From contig CAJTOY010000001.1 of NCBI GenBank assembly GCA_910578195.1, forward strand, positions 422,040 to 486,039: 64,000 nucleotides of DNA, read 5' to 3'. Positions 26,543 to 36,506 of the stretch are shown one piece after another. The translations under genes were made by a program, and so were the position numbers. Position 1 is the first letter of the stretch, and each line of letters begins with the position of its first letter. The stretch is from an uncultured Christensenella sp. (GTDB lineage: Bacteria > Bacillota > Clostridia > Christensenellales > Borkfalkiaceae). The notes beneath the pieces are model-generated. The model was given only the letters and a program-made list of their open reading frames with translations, did no database searches and had not been told where the DNA came from.

Positions 26543-27469
26543 TCACATTTTAAGTCCCGCAGAACCGAAACCCTGAACAATGTATTTTTGCGCCGCAACG
26601 TAAATAATGAATATGGGTATACTCGTAATTACAAGCGAAGCCATTATTTCGCCCGTCGTGATGCCCTCCATGCTTTGAATTGTAGTCAAAGCGGCTTGTA
26701 TGGGCATTAAGGGCCACTCCCCCTCGCTTGCCTGAGGCAAAATCATTGACGGCCAGAGATAGTCGTTCCAAACTCCTATAAAGCAGAACACCGCAACGGT
26801 TGCGACAATTGGCTTTGAAAGCGGGAGTATAACTTTAAAGAAAATACCTAACGTACTCGACCCGTCCATGCGCGCCGCCTCCTCGTATTCCTTGGGGATA
26901 CTCTGAAAAAACTGCATGAACAGAAAAATATTGAATATGCTTATAGCCGACGGAAGTATTATGCCGAGTATCGATGCGGTTTGTTTGAGCCCGAGCATTA
27001 TTTTAACTATCGAATACAAAGGTATTATAGAGGTTTCCACGGGTACGATAATCAAAAAGATTATCAGCGCTGAAAACAGTCTTTTACCGGGGAAGTTCAT
27101 TTTCGCCATAACGTATCCGGCTAAACCGTTCACGAGCACGTTAAGAACTATTACTATTACCGCATACAAAAAGCTGTTTAACGCGTATTTCCATATACTG
27201 TAATTCGTTAAAACACTTCCGTAGTTATCGAACATTGTGCCGAGATGCGCAAAATCGGGCAGAAACATCGCAAGACTGCCTGCGCTTTCCGCATACGCGG
27301 ACTCGCTTTTTGTCGAAGTTGCAAGCATGTAAATTATAGGAAACAAAAATAACAGCGAAAGAACTATACCGCATAAGTAGTAAATAACTTCTTTGGTTAT
27401 CCTTTTTCCCGTCATGCGATTGTTTAACGGGATTGTCTTACCGTCTACCGTCAATGTCTTTTCTTTCAT
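26543..27469 (-). CDS. Carbohydrate ABC transporter permease (MalG-like)
   Basis: 6-TM binding-protein-dependent permease with the EAA loop EYEEAARMDGSSTLGIFFKVILP. Confidence 0.9.
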   Translation of the reverse strand: MKEKTLTVDGKTIPLNNRMTGKRITKEVIYYLCGIVLSLLFLFPIIYMLATSTKSESAYAESAGSLAMFLPDFAHLGTMFDNYGSVLTNYSIWKYALNSFLYAVIVIVLNVLVNGLAGYVMAKMNFPGKRLFSALIIFLIIVPVETSIIPLYSIVKIMLGLKQTASILGIILPSAISIFNIFLFMQFFQSIPKEYEEAARMDGSSTLGIFFKVILPLSKPIVATVAVFCFIGVWNDYLWPSMILPQASEGEWPLMPIQAALTTIQSMEGITTGEIMASLVITSIPIFIIYVAAQKYIVQGFGSAGLKM

Positions 27470-27470
27470 T

Positions 27471-28442
27471 TTATTTCTCCCTGAACGCCCGACGCTGAAT
27501 TAACGTAATGGTTCCTATGACGATAGTCATAATGAGCGCTACCGCCGAAGAATAACCGACCCAGCGATATGTGTAGCCTTGCGTATACATATAATAGCTT
27601 AAAGTCACGGTATGGTCCTGATAGCCCGTCATTAACATAGGCTGCGTCATAATTCTGCACGCACCGATAAATACCGTAATTATTATGTATACGAAAGTCG
27701 AACGCAGTCCCGGCCAAGTTACGGTTTTAAATTTTTGCCATGCGTTTGCTCCGTCGAGAGACGCCGCTTCGTATAAATCGTTGCGTATATTCGATAAGCC
27801 CGACGTGAATATAAGCATCTGAAAACCGCAACCCTGCCATGCGCTTAAAATTATAATGCAAAGCATTGCCGTTTTCGGGTCGCGCAGCCAGTCGTGCGGC
27901 TCCGCCCCGAACAGACCTAAAAACGAGTTCAGAAGTCCCGTTTCGGAAGGCGAGAGAATTTGCAGCCACAAAAACGAAGTTACGCTCAGCGATATTACAA
28001 CGGGCGCAAAAAAGCAAACCTTAAATATTTTTACTCCGCGGACTTTTCTGTTTGTAAACAGCGCAAGCCCCAACGCCATGCATATCTGCAAGGGCACTAC
28101 GCCTACCACGAAAATAAGTGTATTTATTATTGCGTGATATAAAGTTCCTTTTTCGCCTATTTCCTTGAAAACGTTTGCAAAGTTATCTAAGCCGATAAAA
28201 TTTATATCGTTCGGCGTCAACAGATAATAATCGGTAAACGCATAACCGAGCGAGTATAAAATAGGCAACAATATAAACAGAAATGCCAGCAGCACCGCGG
28301 GCAACAGCATTAAATATGCTGTTGCCGACGAACGTATACGGTACTTTTGGTTTTTCTTTTTTGCCCTGACTATATCCCATACCGCAAGCCCTGCAAAGCC
28401 GGCGGCGAATATTGCCAGAATTATGAGAGTAGACCCCGTCAT
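27471..28442 (-). CDS. Carbohydrate ABC transporter permease (MalF-like)
   Basis: EAA loop DLYEAASLDGANAWQKFKTVTWP. 323 aa, multi-TM. Confidence 0.9.
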   Translation of the reverse strand: MTGSTLIILAIFAAGFAGLAVWDIVRAKKKNQKYRIRSSATAYLMLLPAVLLAFLFILLPILYSLGYAFTDYYLLTPNDINFIGLDNFANVFKEIGEKGTLYHAIINTLIFVVGVVPLQICMALGLALFTNRKVRGVKIFKVCFFAPVVISLSVTSFLWLQILSPSETGLLNSFLGLFGAEPHDWLRDPKTAMLCIIILSAWQGCGFQMLIFTSGLSNIRNDLYEAASLDGANAWQKFKTVTWPGLRSTFVYIIITVFIGACRIMTQPMLMTGYQDHTVTLSYYMYTQGYTYRWVGYSSAVALIMTIVIGTITLIQRRAFREK

Positions 28443-28454
28443 ATTTGCTCCCCC

Positions 28455-29762
28455 TTAACTTCTGTGAAGCTTGTTCATTTCCGATTGTAAAGTATTTGTC
28501 TGCGTATTGATAATTTCGGTCAGATTGCCGTCTTTGAGGCTGTAAATAATCTGATTGAAACAGGTCGAGAAAGTCGGATAAGCTACCGTTGCGGGACGGG
28601 CTTTGCCCGTTAACTGCAACTGTTTCAAAAGTACTTCTTCGGGTGAACCCGCAGCATAGTTCTTGTTCACGGATTTGCGCGCGGCAATCATACCCGTCGC
28701 GGTGGTTATCGCGTCCGAACTTTCAGTCGAAGTGAGCCAAAGCAACAACTCCTTTGCCGCCGATTTATCTTTGTGATGATTGTTGGTTATACCGTAACAC
28801 CAGCTTCCGGTTGCGCTTGCCTTTGCCGTGCCCTGCGGATAGGGTAACAGTCCCCAGTCGTCGCGGCTTGCAAACGTTTCCTTATACTTATTTTCGATTT
28901 CGGGTATCGTCCAGCCCGAGGAAAGAAACATTCCCACTTTACCGGTGTAGAAATCGGTAGCACCTATGGAGTACGACGTGTAGCCTTCCGACACAAGGTC
29001 TTTCAAAAACTGAAAACCGCTTTGCGTTGCGGAAGAATTGAAGTAACCCGTAGCGGTAAAGCCGTCCTCCGACGTAAACGAGCCGCCCGCCGCATAAATG
29101 AACGGATACAACAAATATGTTGCGGTTTCGTCTTTGGTTGCGTCGAGGCGCATATCCACCGCGGTAGTACCTGCGTTTTTGAGCTTTGCGCAGACTTGCT
29201 TGAACTGGTCGAAAGTCCAGGGATTTTCCACCGTGTAAGAAGATACGTCTATATTCGCCGCCCTGAATATCTTTTTATTGTAATAGAAACCCGCGCTGGA
29301 CTCCTGTATGGGCAGTCCGTAAAGCTTGCCGTCATACTTGTTGAGCGACAAAAAGTCGTCCTGAACGTCTTGCGAAACAAGCGAAGAAATATCGTAAAGC
29401 AATTTGGAATTTGCATATGAAGCGCAATTAGGAGCGTCGAACGTTATTATATCCGGCAAAGTACCTTCAATCTGCTTGTTCAAAAGCTCCGTTTCATAGC
29501 CCGCCGCACCGGTCGTACGCGCCTGATATGTAGCCGAGGCCTTGATTTTCTTGTCTTTGTAAGCGGTGTTAAAAGCGTCTATTCTCTTTTTGTAAGCCTG
29601 CCCCTCGGTTGATTTTTCGTCAACATGGAACATAATCTTTACGATTGTATTGCCCGAGCTGTCGACTTCTCCGTTATCGCCGCCGCCACCGCAAGCTGCA
29701 AATCCGCAAGCCATAACCGTAGAAACTGCGAGCATTGAAATTGCCTTGAATAATTTTTTCAT
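28455..29762 (-). CDS. Extracellular sugar-binding lipoprotein of the ABC transporter
   Basis: Signal peptide with lipobox (..GFAACGGGG). Family-1 SBP size (435 aa) and composition. Sits next to the two permeases. TAAGGAG RBS. Confidence 0.85.
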   Translation of the reverse strand: MKKLFKAISMLAVSTVMACGFAACGGGGDNGEVDSSGNTIVKIMFHVDEKSTEGQAYKKRIDAFNTAYKDKKIKASATYQARTTGAAGYETELLNKQIEGTLPDIITFDAPNCASYANSKLLYDISSLVSQDVQDDFLSLNKYDGKLYGLPIQESSAGFYYNKKIFRAANIDVSSYTVENPWTFDQFKQVCAKLKNAGTTAVDMRLDATKDETATYLLYPFIYAAGGSFTSEDGFTATGYFNSSATQSGFQFLKDLVSEGYTSYSIGATDFYTGKVGMFLSSGWTIPEIENKYKETFASRDDWGLLPYPQGTAKASATGSWCYGITNNHHKDKSAAKELLLWLTSTESSDAITTATGMIAARKSVNKNYAAGSPEEVLLKQLQLTGKARPATVAYPTFSTCFNQIIYSLKDGNLTEIINTQTNTLQSEMNKLHRS

Positions 29763-29865
29763 ATTTTTTACTCCTTATCACGGCAACCGCCGTTATTTAC
29801 TATTAAATGTTTTTGTATAGAGGGGACCTCTATACACGGGGGCATTGAAAATGCCCGAAAATTTT

Positions 29866-30837
29866 TTATTTTGTGGTTGCGCCTTTTACGAACGCAGTTT
29901 TAAGTTCAGTTCTTACTTTCACATTTTCGCCCTTGATTTTTTTTATCAAAAGTCTGACAACCTCGCGCGCCATCTCCTCAATGGGTTGCTCGACGCAGGT
30001 AAGCAAGCGGTTGTTGTTCCATTGTTTGAAGGCGCCGTCGTAAGATACAATCTGAATATCTTCCGGAATACGTTTACCTCTTTGCAACAATGCTTCATAC
30101 AGCACCTGCGCCAGCGAATAACCCGAAGCAAAAACTCCGTCAAGGTCGGAATAATTATCCAAAAATGCCGAAACAACAGCATTTTCTTCACCGTGCAGAA
30201 TAACTTCGTTAACGGACCGAACGGGCAAACCGTGTTTTTCCATTGTGTCTTTATACGCCCTTTCTCTTTCTAAAACCTCGGACGATACAATGGGTTTGGA
30301 ACCTATATATCCTATATTTTTACAACCCGCTTGAAGTAAGTACTCTATTGCGTTGCAAGTCGAATTATAGTTATCCGAAGTTACATAAGGAATTTCTTCG
30401 CTGAAACAGCGGTCTATCGAAACTATGGGACAATCTTTAAGTTCCTTGCTGTCGTGCGCAAAATGCGTAACGAACACTGCCCCGTCAACCTCTCTGCGGT
30501 GAATTCTGTCTATTATGTCCGTTTCTTTCTGAACGCGCTGCTGGGAAGATACCAAAATCACGGAATAGCCGTATTTGTCCGCCTCGTCCTCTACATAGTA
30601 AGCTAATTTCGCAAAAAACGGGTGGTTAATGACGGGAACGAGCAACGCTATTATACGCGTCTCGTTCTTACGCAGCTTTGCCGCCATTTTGTTAGGTGAA
30701 AACTGTAAAGTCGTCATTGCGCTTTTTACTTTCTCGCGTGTAGCGGGTTTAACCGATTTCTCGTCGTTTATAACCCTTGAAACAGTGCCTATGCCGACGC
30801 CGGCAAACTCCGCCACGTCTTTAATCGTCGACGCCAT
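29866..30837 (-). CDS. LacI-family transcriptional regulator
   Basis: N-terminal HTH TIKDVAEFAGVGIGTVSRVIN plus a periplasmic-binding-protein-like core. 323 aa. Overlaps the upstream GH32 gene by 17 nt. Confidence 0.9.
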   Translation of the reverse strand: MASTIKDVAEFAGVGIGTVSRVINDEKSVKPATREKVKSAMTTLQFSPNKMAAKLRKNETRIIALLVPVINHPFFAKLAYYVEDEADKYGYSVILVSSQQRVQKETDIIDRIHRREVDGAVFVTHFAHDSKELKDCPIVSIDRCFSEEIPYVTSDNYNSTCNAIEYLLQAGCKNIGYIGSKPIVSSEVLERERAYKDTMEKHGLPVRSVNEVILHGEENAVVSAFLDNYSDLDGVFASGYSLAQVLYEALLQRGKRIPEDIQIVSYDGAFKQWNNNRLLTCVEQPIEEMAREVVRLLIKKIKGENVKVRTELKTAFVKGATTK

Positions 30838-33800
30838 TTTTCTTTTTTCTCCTTAATATCAATACAGTTACAACCGCTGCAATACCGCCGAGTACAAGCA
30901 CGCCGCCGACAACCGAAAGCGAGATTATAAGCGCTTTATTGTTACTTTCGGGTTTTACGCTTGTGGTAGCCTGCGCCGTGACGGTGACCGTAATATTCGC
31001 GTCGTTTATCTGCACGGCGTTTTCGCCTACCGAAAGTTTATCGCCGTCGATAGTGAGCATGCCGTCTTTAACCGTATATCCGTCGGTAAGTTTAACTCCG
31101 TTAAGCGAAACGGTCTTTACGGAAATATTGCCGACGTGAATAACCGCATTACAGCCGTATTCGATTGTAACGTCGCCGATATCGGTCAAAGGAACTTGCA
31201 AAACGTTCACCGAGAAACCGAAGGACGCTTTTGCGCCTGCCACGGCAAATTCGTAAACTCCGCCGTCTTTCAGGGTCTTGAAATAGTCCTCGGAAATCTC
31301 AATGCTTCTGCCGCTTACGGTATAGAATGACGGGTGAATTTTAACGTTGCCGCAAGTGCGGTTATAAATCGCCGTCACCGCCTGATTGGTGTCGCCCTTT
31401 ATATTCAGGCTGCCTCCCGAATAATCGTAGCTTTCGTTCAAAAGCACTATCGATTTAAAAGTCGTGCGTGCCGCGCAAGTGTTAAGTCCGAAGAGACCTT
31501 CCGTCGGCTCGCTTTCGGGAAGAGTTACGTTTATTACTTCAACTCCGTTAATGTAAACGATTATTCTTTTGTCCAAAGCTTTCACTTTGAGAGTGACGTC
31601 GTTTACGTTTACTCCCTCTGCATCCGCCCTGCCGAGTTCGCCCCGAGGCGACCATAATTTTACTATCTTGCCGTTGTCGTCGTAATTTGCTATAAGATAA
31701 TCCGACATATCCGCTTCCGCACGGAAAACGATTGCGGCTGCCGCACCCGAAAGGCTGAAATTTGCCGAATAAGTAAAATTCGCCGCACTGTCTGACGAAA
31801 GTATAAATCCGTCACCCGACGATTGAGCCCCTACAAGCCCCTCTTCGGAAACAAACCATTCACCCGAAACTTTTCCTTCCTGTTCGAAGTTCAAATCGCT
31901 GTCTGCTTTTCCGTCGTGAACGGTTACGTCTATTTTTTTAACCGTGTTGCCGCAAGTTACCGTTACGACAGCCGAACCCGCGTTAAGCGCTGTAATTTTG
32001 GCGCCGTACTCGGTTTTTTCAACGGAAACCGCGTCCGCACCGCTTTCTACCGCCCAAACGAATTCTGTTTCGGAAGTCGAATAAACCATAACCTCTTTAA
32101 ACGAAGTAAGTGTTTTATCAAGCTCTACGCTTTGCGTGTCCACATAAATGACGCTTTCGCCTTCCTGCGTTTCGTCGCGCCATACCGAAGATATTTCGTT
32201 TACCTTTATGCTGGCGGTAACTTCGCTTTCCGCAATAAACTGCGCTTTATTCGCATACGGCGAAGAGAATGTCAAGACATAGAAAGGAATTTTAAATTCG
32301 TCGCAATATACCTCAACGCCGCCGTTATCCGAAAGAATATAGAAAGAAAGATTTTTTCCGTCTACCGCGCCGGAGGTGTGACGGCTGCGATATTTGTCTA
32401 AATTCAGCCCCGCGTCGCCCGTATGCTCGCGGCTGACGTAATAGCCCTCTTCCGCATTCCAGCCGATTTCCGTGTATTCGTCCGCATTCATATTGATACG
32501 GAAATATACGGGAGTTTCTTCGGGATTGTTTATCTGGGCTTCGAGCTCGAAACAATGAGTGTTGACGCCCGCTAAAATATTTTCGCCCGCAGGTGCAATC
32601 TTTTCGTTTGTGCAGGAATATATCTCGGTTTTGCCGAAAGCGTTTGAGGTTTTAACCAAAGGCGTCTGGGTTAAAACATAACTGTTTCCCGCCCTGACCA
32701 ATCCGTATTCGACGGGTATGGTCATTCCGCTTCCGTTCCAGCCCTTTCTCACTGCGCCGAGCGCCCCCGAATTTATAGAAGCAGGACCGTCCGGCACGCC
32801 GCTGAACCAGCTTATAGCAATTGTTTTGCCTTTGTTTGCGCCGTCGTCGATATAAAACGACTGCGTCGCATAAGAGTCGGGACCGTAGTCCATAGTCCGG
32901 AACGGAATTTCTTCCATCCGCATTTCGCTGAAAGATTTACCGTTTAAATCCGAATAAATTATATGTCCGCTTGCTATGTCGTAACTTATAGTACCTACAA
33001 GATACTGTCTGCCCGTAAACGTCATTACCGTGTAAGCATTTCCGTCGTCCGCTGTCAGCGTAACAACGTCCGGACACTCGGGTCTGTAAGCTTCGAATTC
33101 GCCCGCGTACTCCCAGTCGTACAAGTTGCCGGATTTAAAAAACCAAACCCGATTAGTTTCCTGACCCGTTACCGCCATACCCCATAACGTGACTTTGTCA
33201 CCGCTTTTTTCTACGGGAAATACTTTGGGGTCGCGGCAGGAAACTTTGCGATCCGCAATCCCCGTCGTCGACTGGGGAATGGTTTTACGCTTTGTCCACG
33301 TCAATCCGCCGTCGTCGCTCGACATAATCACCTGGTCCTGTCTTGCGCCGTCGCGGGTATAAAACCCGATTAATCCCTCGCCGTCGGAATACCAGTGCTC
33401 ACCGTCTATTTTTTCGCTCATGCCGGCATGGTAAACCATCGCCGAACCCGACCACATATAACCGTTTCCTCCGCCCCAGCCGTCGGCTGCCGTATCGGGG
33501 AAAAGGGCTATCGGCAAATGCTCCCAGTGCACCAAATCCTTGCTTCTTGCGTGCCCCCAGTACATGTCGCCCCAGCCTTCCGCGCCGTTGTCGTGCGTGT
33601 ACGGATAAGTCTGGTAATACAAATGGTAATAGCCTTTGTAATAAACAAGACCGTTAGGGTCGTTATTCCAGTGCGCAAACTGAGAAAAATGGTATTGCTG
33701 ACGGTACAGCTCGGTATAATACGAATAATCGCTGACCCCCGAATAAATATCGTTGAAAACTACTTTTGCATTGAAACAGTTATATCCCGTCTGACCGCCG

Positions 33801-34351
33801 TTATATGTAAGTCCTTCCTTTAAACTGTCAAGGTCGATAGTCAAATCGTTTCCCTTGTCGTCAAACGCGAAACGGCGGATATTGTCGGCGTAAAACTCGG
33901 CATATGTCTTGTCGCCTTCGGGCGTTATAATTACCTTTAACTGCACCCAACGCGCGTTGGCAACCCTCGGATTGACAAGCGAAGCTTCGCCTTCGGTAAT
34001 CTTATTGTTGCCTATAAACCAATCCTCGCGCAAAACGTCAACGCCGCCTTCCGAAAAAAATAGCAGTTTGACGCGGTTTTCCGCCCTGTCCACGTTGAAA
34101 ACCCATTTGGAATTTTCGTCCGCACCGAAAACAAGTCCAGCGGCATTACCGCTTTCAAAGGTAACCGTCGCGGTATAGACAAATTTTTCGGTTTTGCCGT
34201 ACGACTTCTCGGAAAGCAGAAATCTATCGCCTTCTCCCTCCAAAGCCACTCCTTGCGCTCGTGAATACAGTACGGGAACTACCCAAGCGAGAATACAGCA
34301 TATTGCCGCAAGTATTGCCAAAAACGAAATCTTAATATATTTTGCTTTCAT
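30821..34351 (-). CDS. 1176-aa extracellular multidomain GH32 fructanase with a C-terminal membrane anchor
   Basis: N-terminal signal or anchor, then a ConA-like jelly-roll. GH32 motifs: HWNNDPNG, CRDPKVF, ECPDVV. It also has a Big_2-like domain (SGADAVSVEKTEYGAKITALNAGSAVVTVT), a second ConA-like domain, and a C-terminal TM helix plus RRKKKNGVDD. Confidence 0.85.
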   Translation of the reverse strand: MKAKYIKISFLAILAAICCILAWVVPVLYSRAQGVALEGEGDRFLLSEKSYGKTEKFVYTATVTFESGNAAGLVFGADENSKWVFNVDRAENRVKLLFFSEGGVDVLREDWFIGNNKITEGEASLVNPRVANARWVQLKVIITPEGDKTYAEFYADNIRRFAFDDKGNDLTIDLDSLKEGLTYNGGQTGYNCFNAKVVFNDIYSGVSDYSYYTELYRQQYHFSQFAHWNNDPNGLVYYKGYYHLYYQTYPYTHDNGAEGWGDMYWGHARSKDLVHWEHLPIALFPDTAADGWGGGNGYMWSGSAMVYHAGMSEKIDGEHWYSDGEGLIGFYTRDGARQDQVIMSSDDGGLTWTKRKTIPQSTTGIADRKVSCRDPKVFPVEKSGDKVTLWGMAVTGQETNRVWFFKSGNLYDWEYAGEFEAYRPECPDVVTLTADDGNAYTVMTFTGRQYLVGTISYDIASGHIIYSDLNGKSFSEMRMEEIPFRTMDYGPDSYATQSFYIDDGANKGKTIAISWFSGVPDGPASINSGALGAVRKGWNGSGMTIPVEYGLVRAGNSYVLTQTPLVKTSNAFGKTEIYSCTNEKIAPAGENILAGVNTHCFELEAQINNPEETPVYFRINMNADEYTEIGWNAEEGYYVSREHTGDAGLNLDKYRSRHTSGAVDGKNLSFYILSDNGGVEVYCDEFKIPFYVLTFSSPYANKAQFIAESEVTASIKVNEISSVWRDETQEGESVIYVDTQSVELDKTLTSFKEVMVYSTSETEFVWAVESGADAVSVEKTEYGAKITALNAGSAVVTVTCGNTVKKIDVTVHDGKADSDLNFEQEGKVSGEWFVSEEGLVGAQSSGDGFILSSDSAANFTYSANFSLSGAAAAIVFRAEADMSDYLIANYDDNGKIVKLWSPRGELGRADAEGVNVNDVTLKVKALDKRIIVYINGVEVINVTLPESEPTEGLFGLNTCAARTTFKSIVLLNESYDYSGGSLNIKGDTNQAVTAIYNRTCGNVKIHPSFYTVSGRSIEISEDYFKTLKDGGVYEFAVAGAKASFGFSVNVLQVPLTDIGDVTIEYGCNAVIHVGNISVKTVSLNGVKLTDGYTVKDGMLTIDGDKLSVGENAVQINDANITVTVTAQATTSVKPESNNKALIISLSVVGGVLVLGGIAAVVTVLILRRKKKNGVDD

Positions 34352-35268
34352 TTTATATCCCCTTTATTGATTGCTCGGTTTATTGCGTCCAAATCGGGCA
34401 GACAGTCTATCGCACCCCTTCCGAGAGTATTGAGCGCCCCGCACACGTTTGCGAAAGAAAAAATTTCGTTAAGCTTTTCCTCAGTCCACTGCGACGGCGG
34501 AATTCTGTCGAGCCCGGAAAGTATACCGCCGTAAAACGCGTCGCCCGCGCCCGTTGTGTCAACGGGTTTTACTTTTATGGAAGGAACAATGTTCGATTTG
34601 CCTTTGAAGCGCCATTTACTGCCGTTTCCGCCGAGACTTATGCAAACAAGCTTGTCGCAAAGTTCGTTTTCGATATAACTTTCCGTAAATACTTTAACTT
34701 CGTCGTCGGAAAACTTTACAACGTCCGCATATTTAATAATTTCTTTATATACCTTGACGGCGCTTTCCTTGTCTTTGAAAATGTCCGTTCTGTAATTGAT
34801 ATCGAAACTAATCAGTTTGCCTTGCGAACGCGCAAGCTCAATAATTCTTTTTGCGTAATCGAACCCCTCTTTTTCCGAAAGCATAAGCGAACCGATATGA
34901 ACTATTTTCGCTTCCGCTATTTGGTTTTCCGAAAGATAAGGCAAATTGTAATCGGCAGTGTTTTTTCTGTAAAAGCAGAAAGACCTTTCTCCGTTTTCGT
35001 CAAGCTCGACAAAGGCAAGCGTTGTGTTGCGGTTGTTGTCGCGTTCAATCAATACGCCGTCCAGTTTCCGGGCGTTAGCGAAATTTATTAAAAAATCACC
35101 TATCAAATCATTTCCGACACTGCCTGCAAATTTGACCTCGGCGCCGAATTTTTTCGCGGCGCAAGCCACGTTAAAGGGCGCGCCGCCCGCTTTACGTTCG
35201 TACCATAACGAACCGTCTTTTACCGTTCCTATCATGTCGGCTAAAATTTCGCCAATGCAAAGTATCAT
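34348..35268 (-). CDS. PfkB-family fructokinase
   Basis: The N-terminal ILCIGEILADMIG and C-terminal DTTGAGDAF motifs are typical of PfkB sugar kinases of the fructokinase type. ATGA-type overlap with the downstream GH32 gene. Confidence 0.8.
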   Translation of the reverse strand: MILCIGEILADMIGTVKDGSLWYERKAGGAPFNVACAAKKFGAEVKFAGSVGNDLIGDFLINFANARKLDGVLIERDNNRNTTLAFVELDENGERSFCFYRKNTADYNLPYLSENQIAEAKIVHIGSLMLSEKEGFDYAKRIIELARSQGKLISFDINYRTDIFKDKESAVKVYKEIIKYADVVKFSDDEVKVFTESYIENELCDKLVCISLGGNGSKWRFKGKSNIVPSIKVKPVDTTGAGDAFYGGILSGLDRIPPSQWTEEKLNEIFSFANVCGALNTLGRGAIDCLPDLDAINRAINKGDIK

Positions 35269-36485
35269 GTTTTTGTCTCCGGATTGTTAACGGATTTTTT
35301 TACAGTCACAAATTCCAAACTTAAAAAAATTACCGTTCTTATTAGCAATATTAAAAATAAAGTCAGGATTGCCGCAATCAATAAACTGCTTCTCGGCACA
35401 AAGTAGCCGCATACGAACGTTATAAGCGCCGAAAGCAATGAGCCGACAAGTAAGTAAGAACCTAAAATCCTGATACAACCGCCGAATGTTTTGGCGGTAT
35501 CCGATTTTATAAGTCTTAAAACACAGTAAGAAATCAGCGCCGTAATTATCGGCATCAGAACAATAAACGGCAATAGCCTTATTATGTTCATTAAATATAC
35601 ATATACGCTCAAAGGCGCAGTGGCGCCGAAAGAATTTTTGATTAAGAAGTCCGCATTTTCGGCAGTTGAAAAATTCGTGCCGTCGGCAAAATTTTTATAA
35701 AAGCCGTAAAAACTTACTTTCATTCCCCCTTTCGTTTCAAAGGCGCCTACGCATGAATCGTCGAATATGAAAAGATATTTTTCAGCTCCGTCTTTAACGT
35801 AAGTCTGATAATAATTGCGCAAAAGCGGCGCGCTTTGGTCAGAGGGAAAATCGGTATAATATTCTTTTATAAACAAATTATATACTTGCCTTTGATATTC
35901 TTCCCGCGAAAGCTCGGTTTGCTTTTTCTGCAATTCGGCAAAGCCTTCGCTTTCTATATCAAGCAAGAAGCTTTCATGTTCGGCGGTAACCTCAGAGGTA
36001 AGAATAAGCTCGTTCGGCGTATAACGTATTTTAAAATCAAAATTGCGTTTAGCCGCGTCGGAAAGGGCTTTATATTCCTCCACGGTAATTTTTTGCCCGC
36101 TTCCGTCGTTAGAGAGGTAATATGCCTCGAAATCGTCGAACGCGCCTGCGGGGCGCGTGTCGACCACAAGATTATAACCGTTTAAACAATATTCACCGCC
36201 GTCCGAAAAAGTATCGACAATGCTTGCCGCCGTCATTTTTTTTGAATTAACTTCAAGATTCAAAGCTTTGCTTGTAACCGCGTTGCGCACAAAGGCTTTG
36301 AAATCGGGAGAATTGTTATAATGCGTCGGGAAAGGCAGCATATCGGCAGCCAGAACGCCGCAAAACAGAAAGATGAGCATAAAAACATTACCCAAAACCA
36401 AATTCAGGTATCCGCGTTTTAACGCTTGTTTTGAAATTTTATCGGAGAAAAAACTCAACCCGATAAATTTAAGCCATTTTATCAT
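35265..36485 (-). CDS. Multi-pass membrane protein with a large extracytoplasmic domain, unknown function (possibly DUF1189/MalA-like)
   Basis: One N-terminal TM, a soluble segment of about 230 aa, then about 4 C-terminal TMs. The track start is GTG 36491. ATG 36485 is preceded by AAGGG at 7 nt. The family assignment is from recollection of N-terminal topology only. Confidence 0.55.
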   Translation of the reverse strand: MIKWLKFIGLSFFSDKISKQALKRGYLNLVLGNVFMLIFLFCGVLAADMLPFPTHYNNSPDFKAFVRNAVTSKALNLEVNSKKMTAASIVDTFSDGGEYCLNGYNLVVDTRPAGAFDDFEAYYLSNDGSGQKITVEEYKALSDAAKRNFDFKIRYTPNELILTSEVTAEHESFLLDIESEGFAELQKKQTELSREEYQRQVYNLFIKEYYTDFPSDQSAPLLRNYYQTYVKDGAEKYLFIFDDSCVGAFETKGGMKVSFYGFYKNFADGTNFSTAENADFLIKNSFGATAPLSVYVYLMNIIRLLPFIVLMPIITALISYCVLRLIKSDTAKTFGGCIRILGSYLLVGSLLSALITFVCGYFVPRSSLLIAAILTLFLILLIRTVIFLSLEFVTVKKSVNNPETKT

Positions 36486-36506
36486 TTTCACGCCCTTAAA
36501 CGCTTT

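Noticed and set aside
29763-29865. Palindromic sequences (GTATAGAGGGGACCTCTATAC, GGGCATTGAAAATGCCC, ACGGCAACCGCCGT) between lacI and the binding-protein gene, considered as LacI operators.
   Set aside because: They are GC-rich hairpins with non-symmetric loops and adjacent A/T runs, so they fit RNA terminator or processing structures better. None matches the CG-centred LacI/cre operator pattern seen at 38042-38061.
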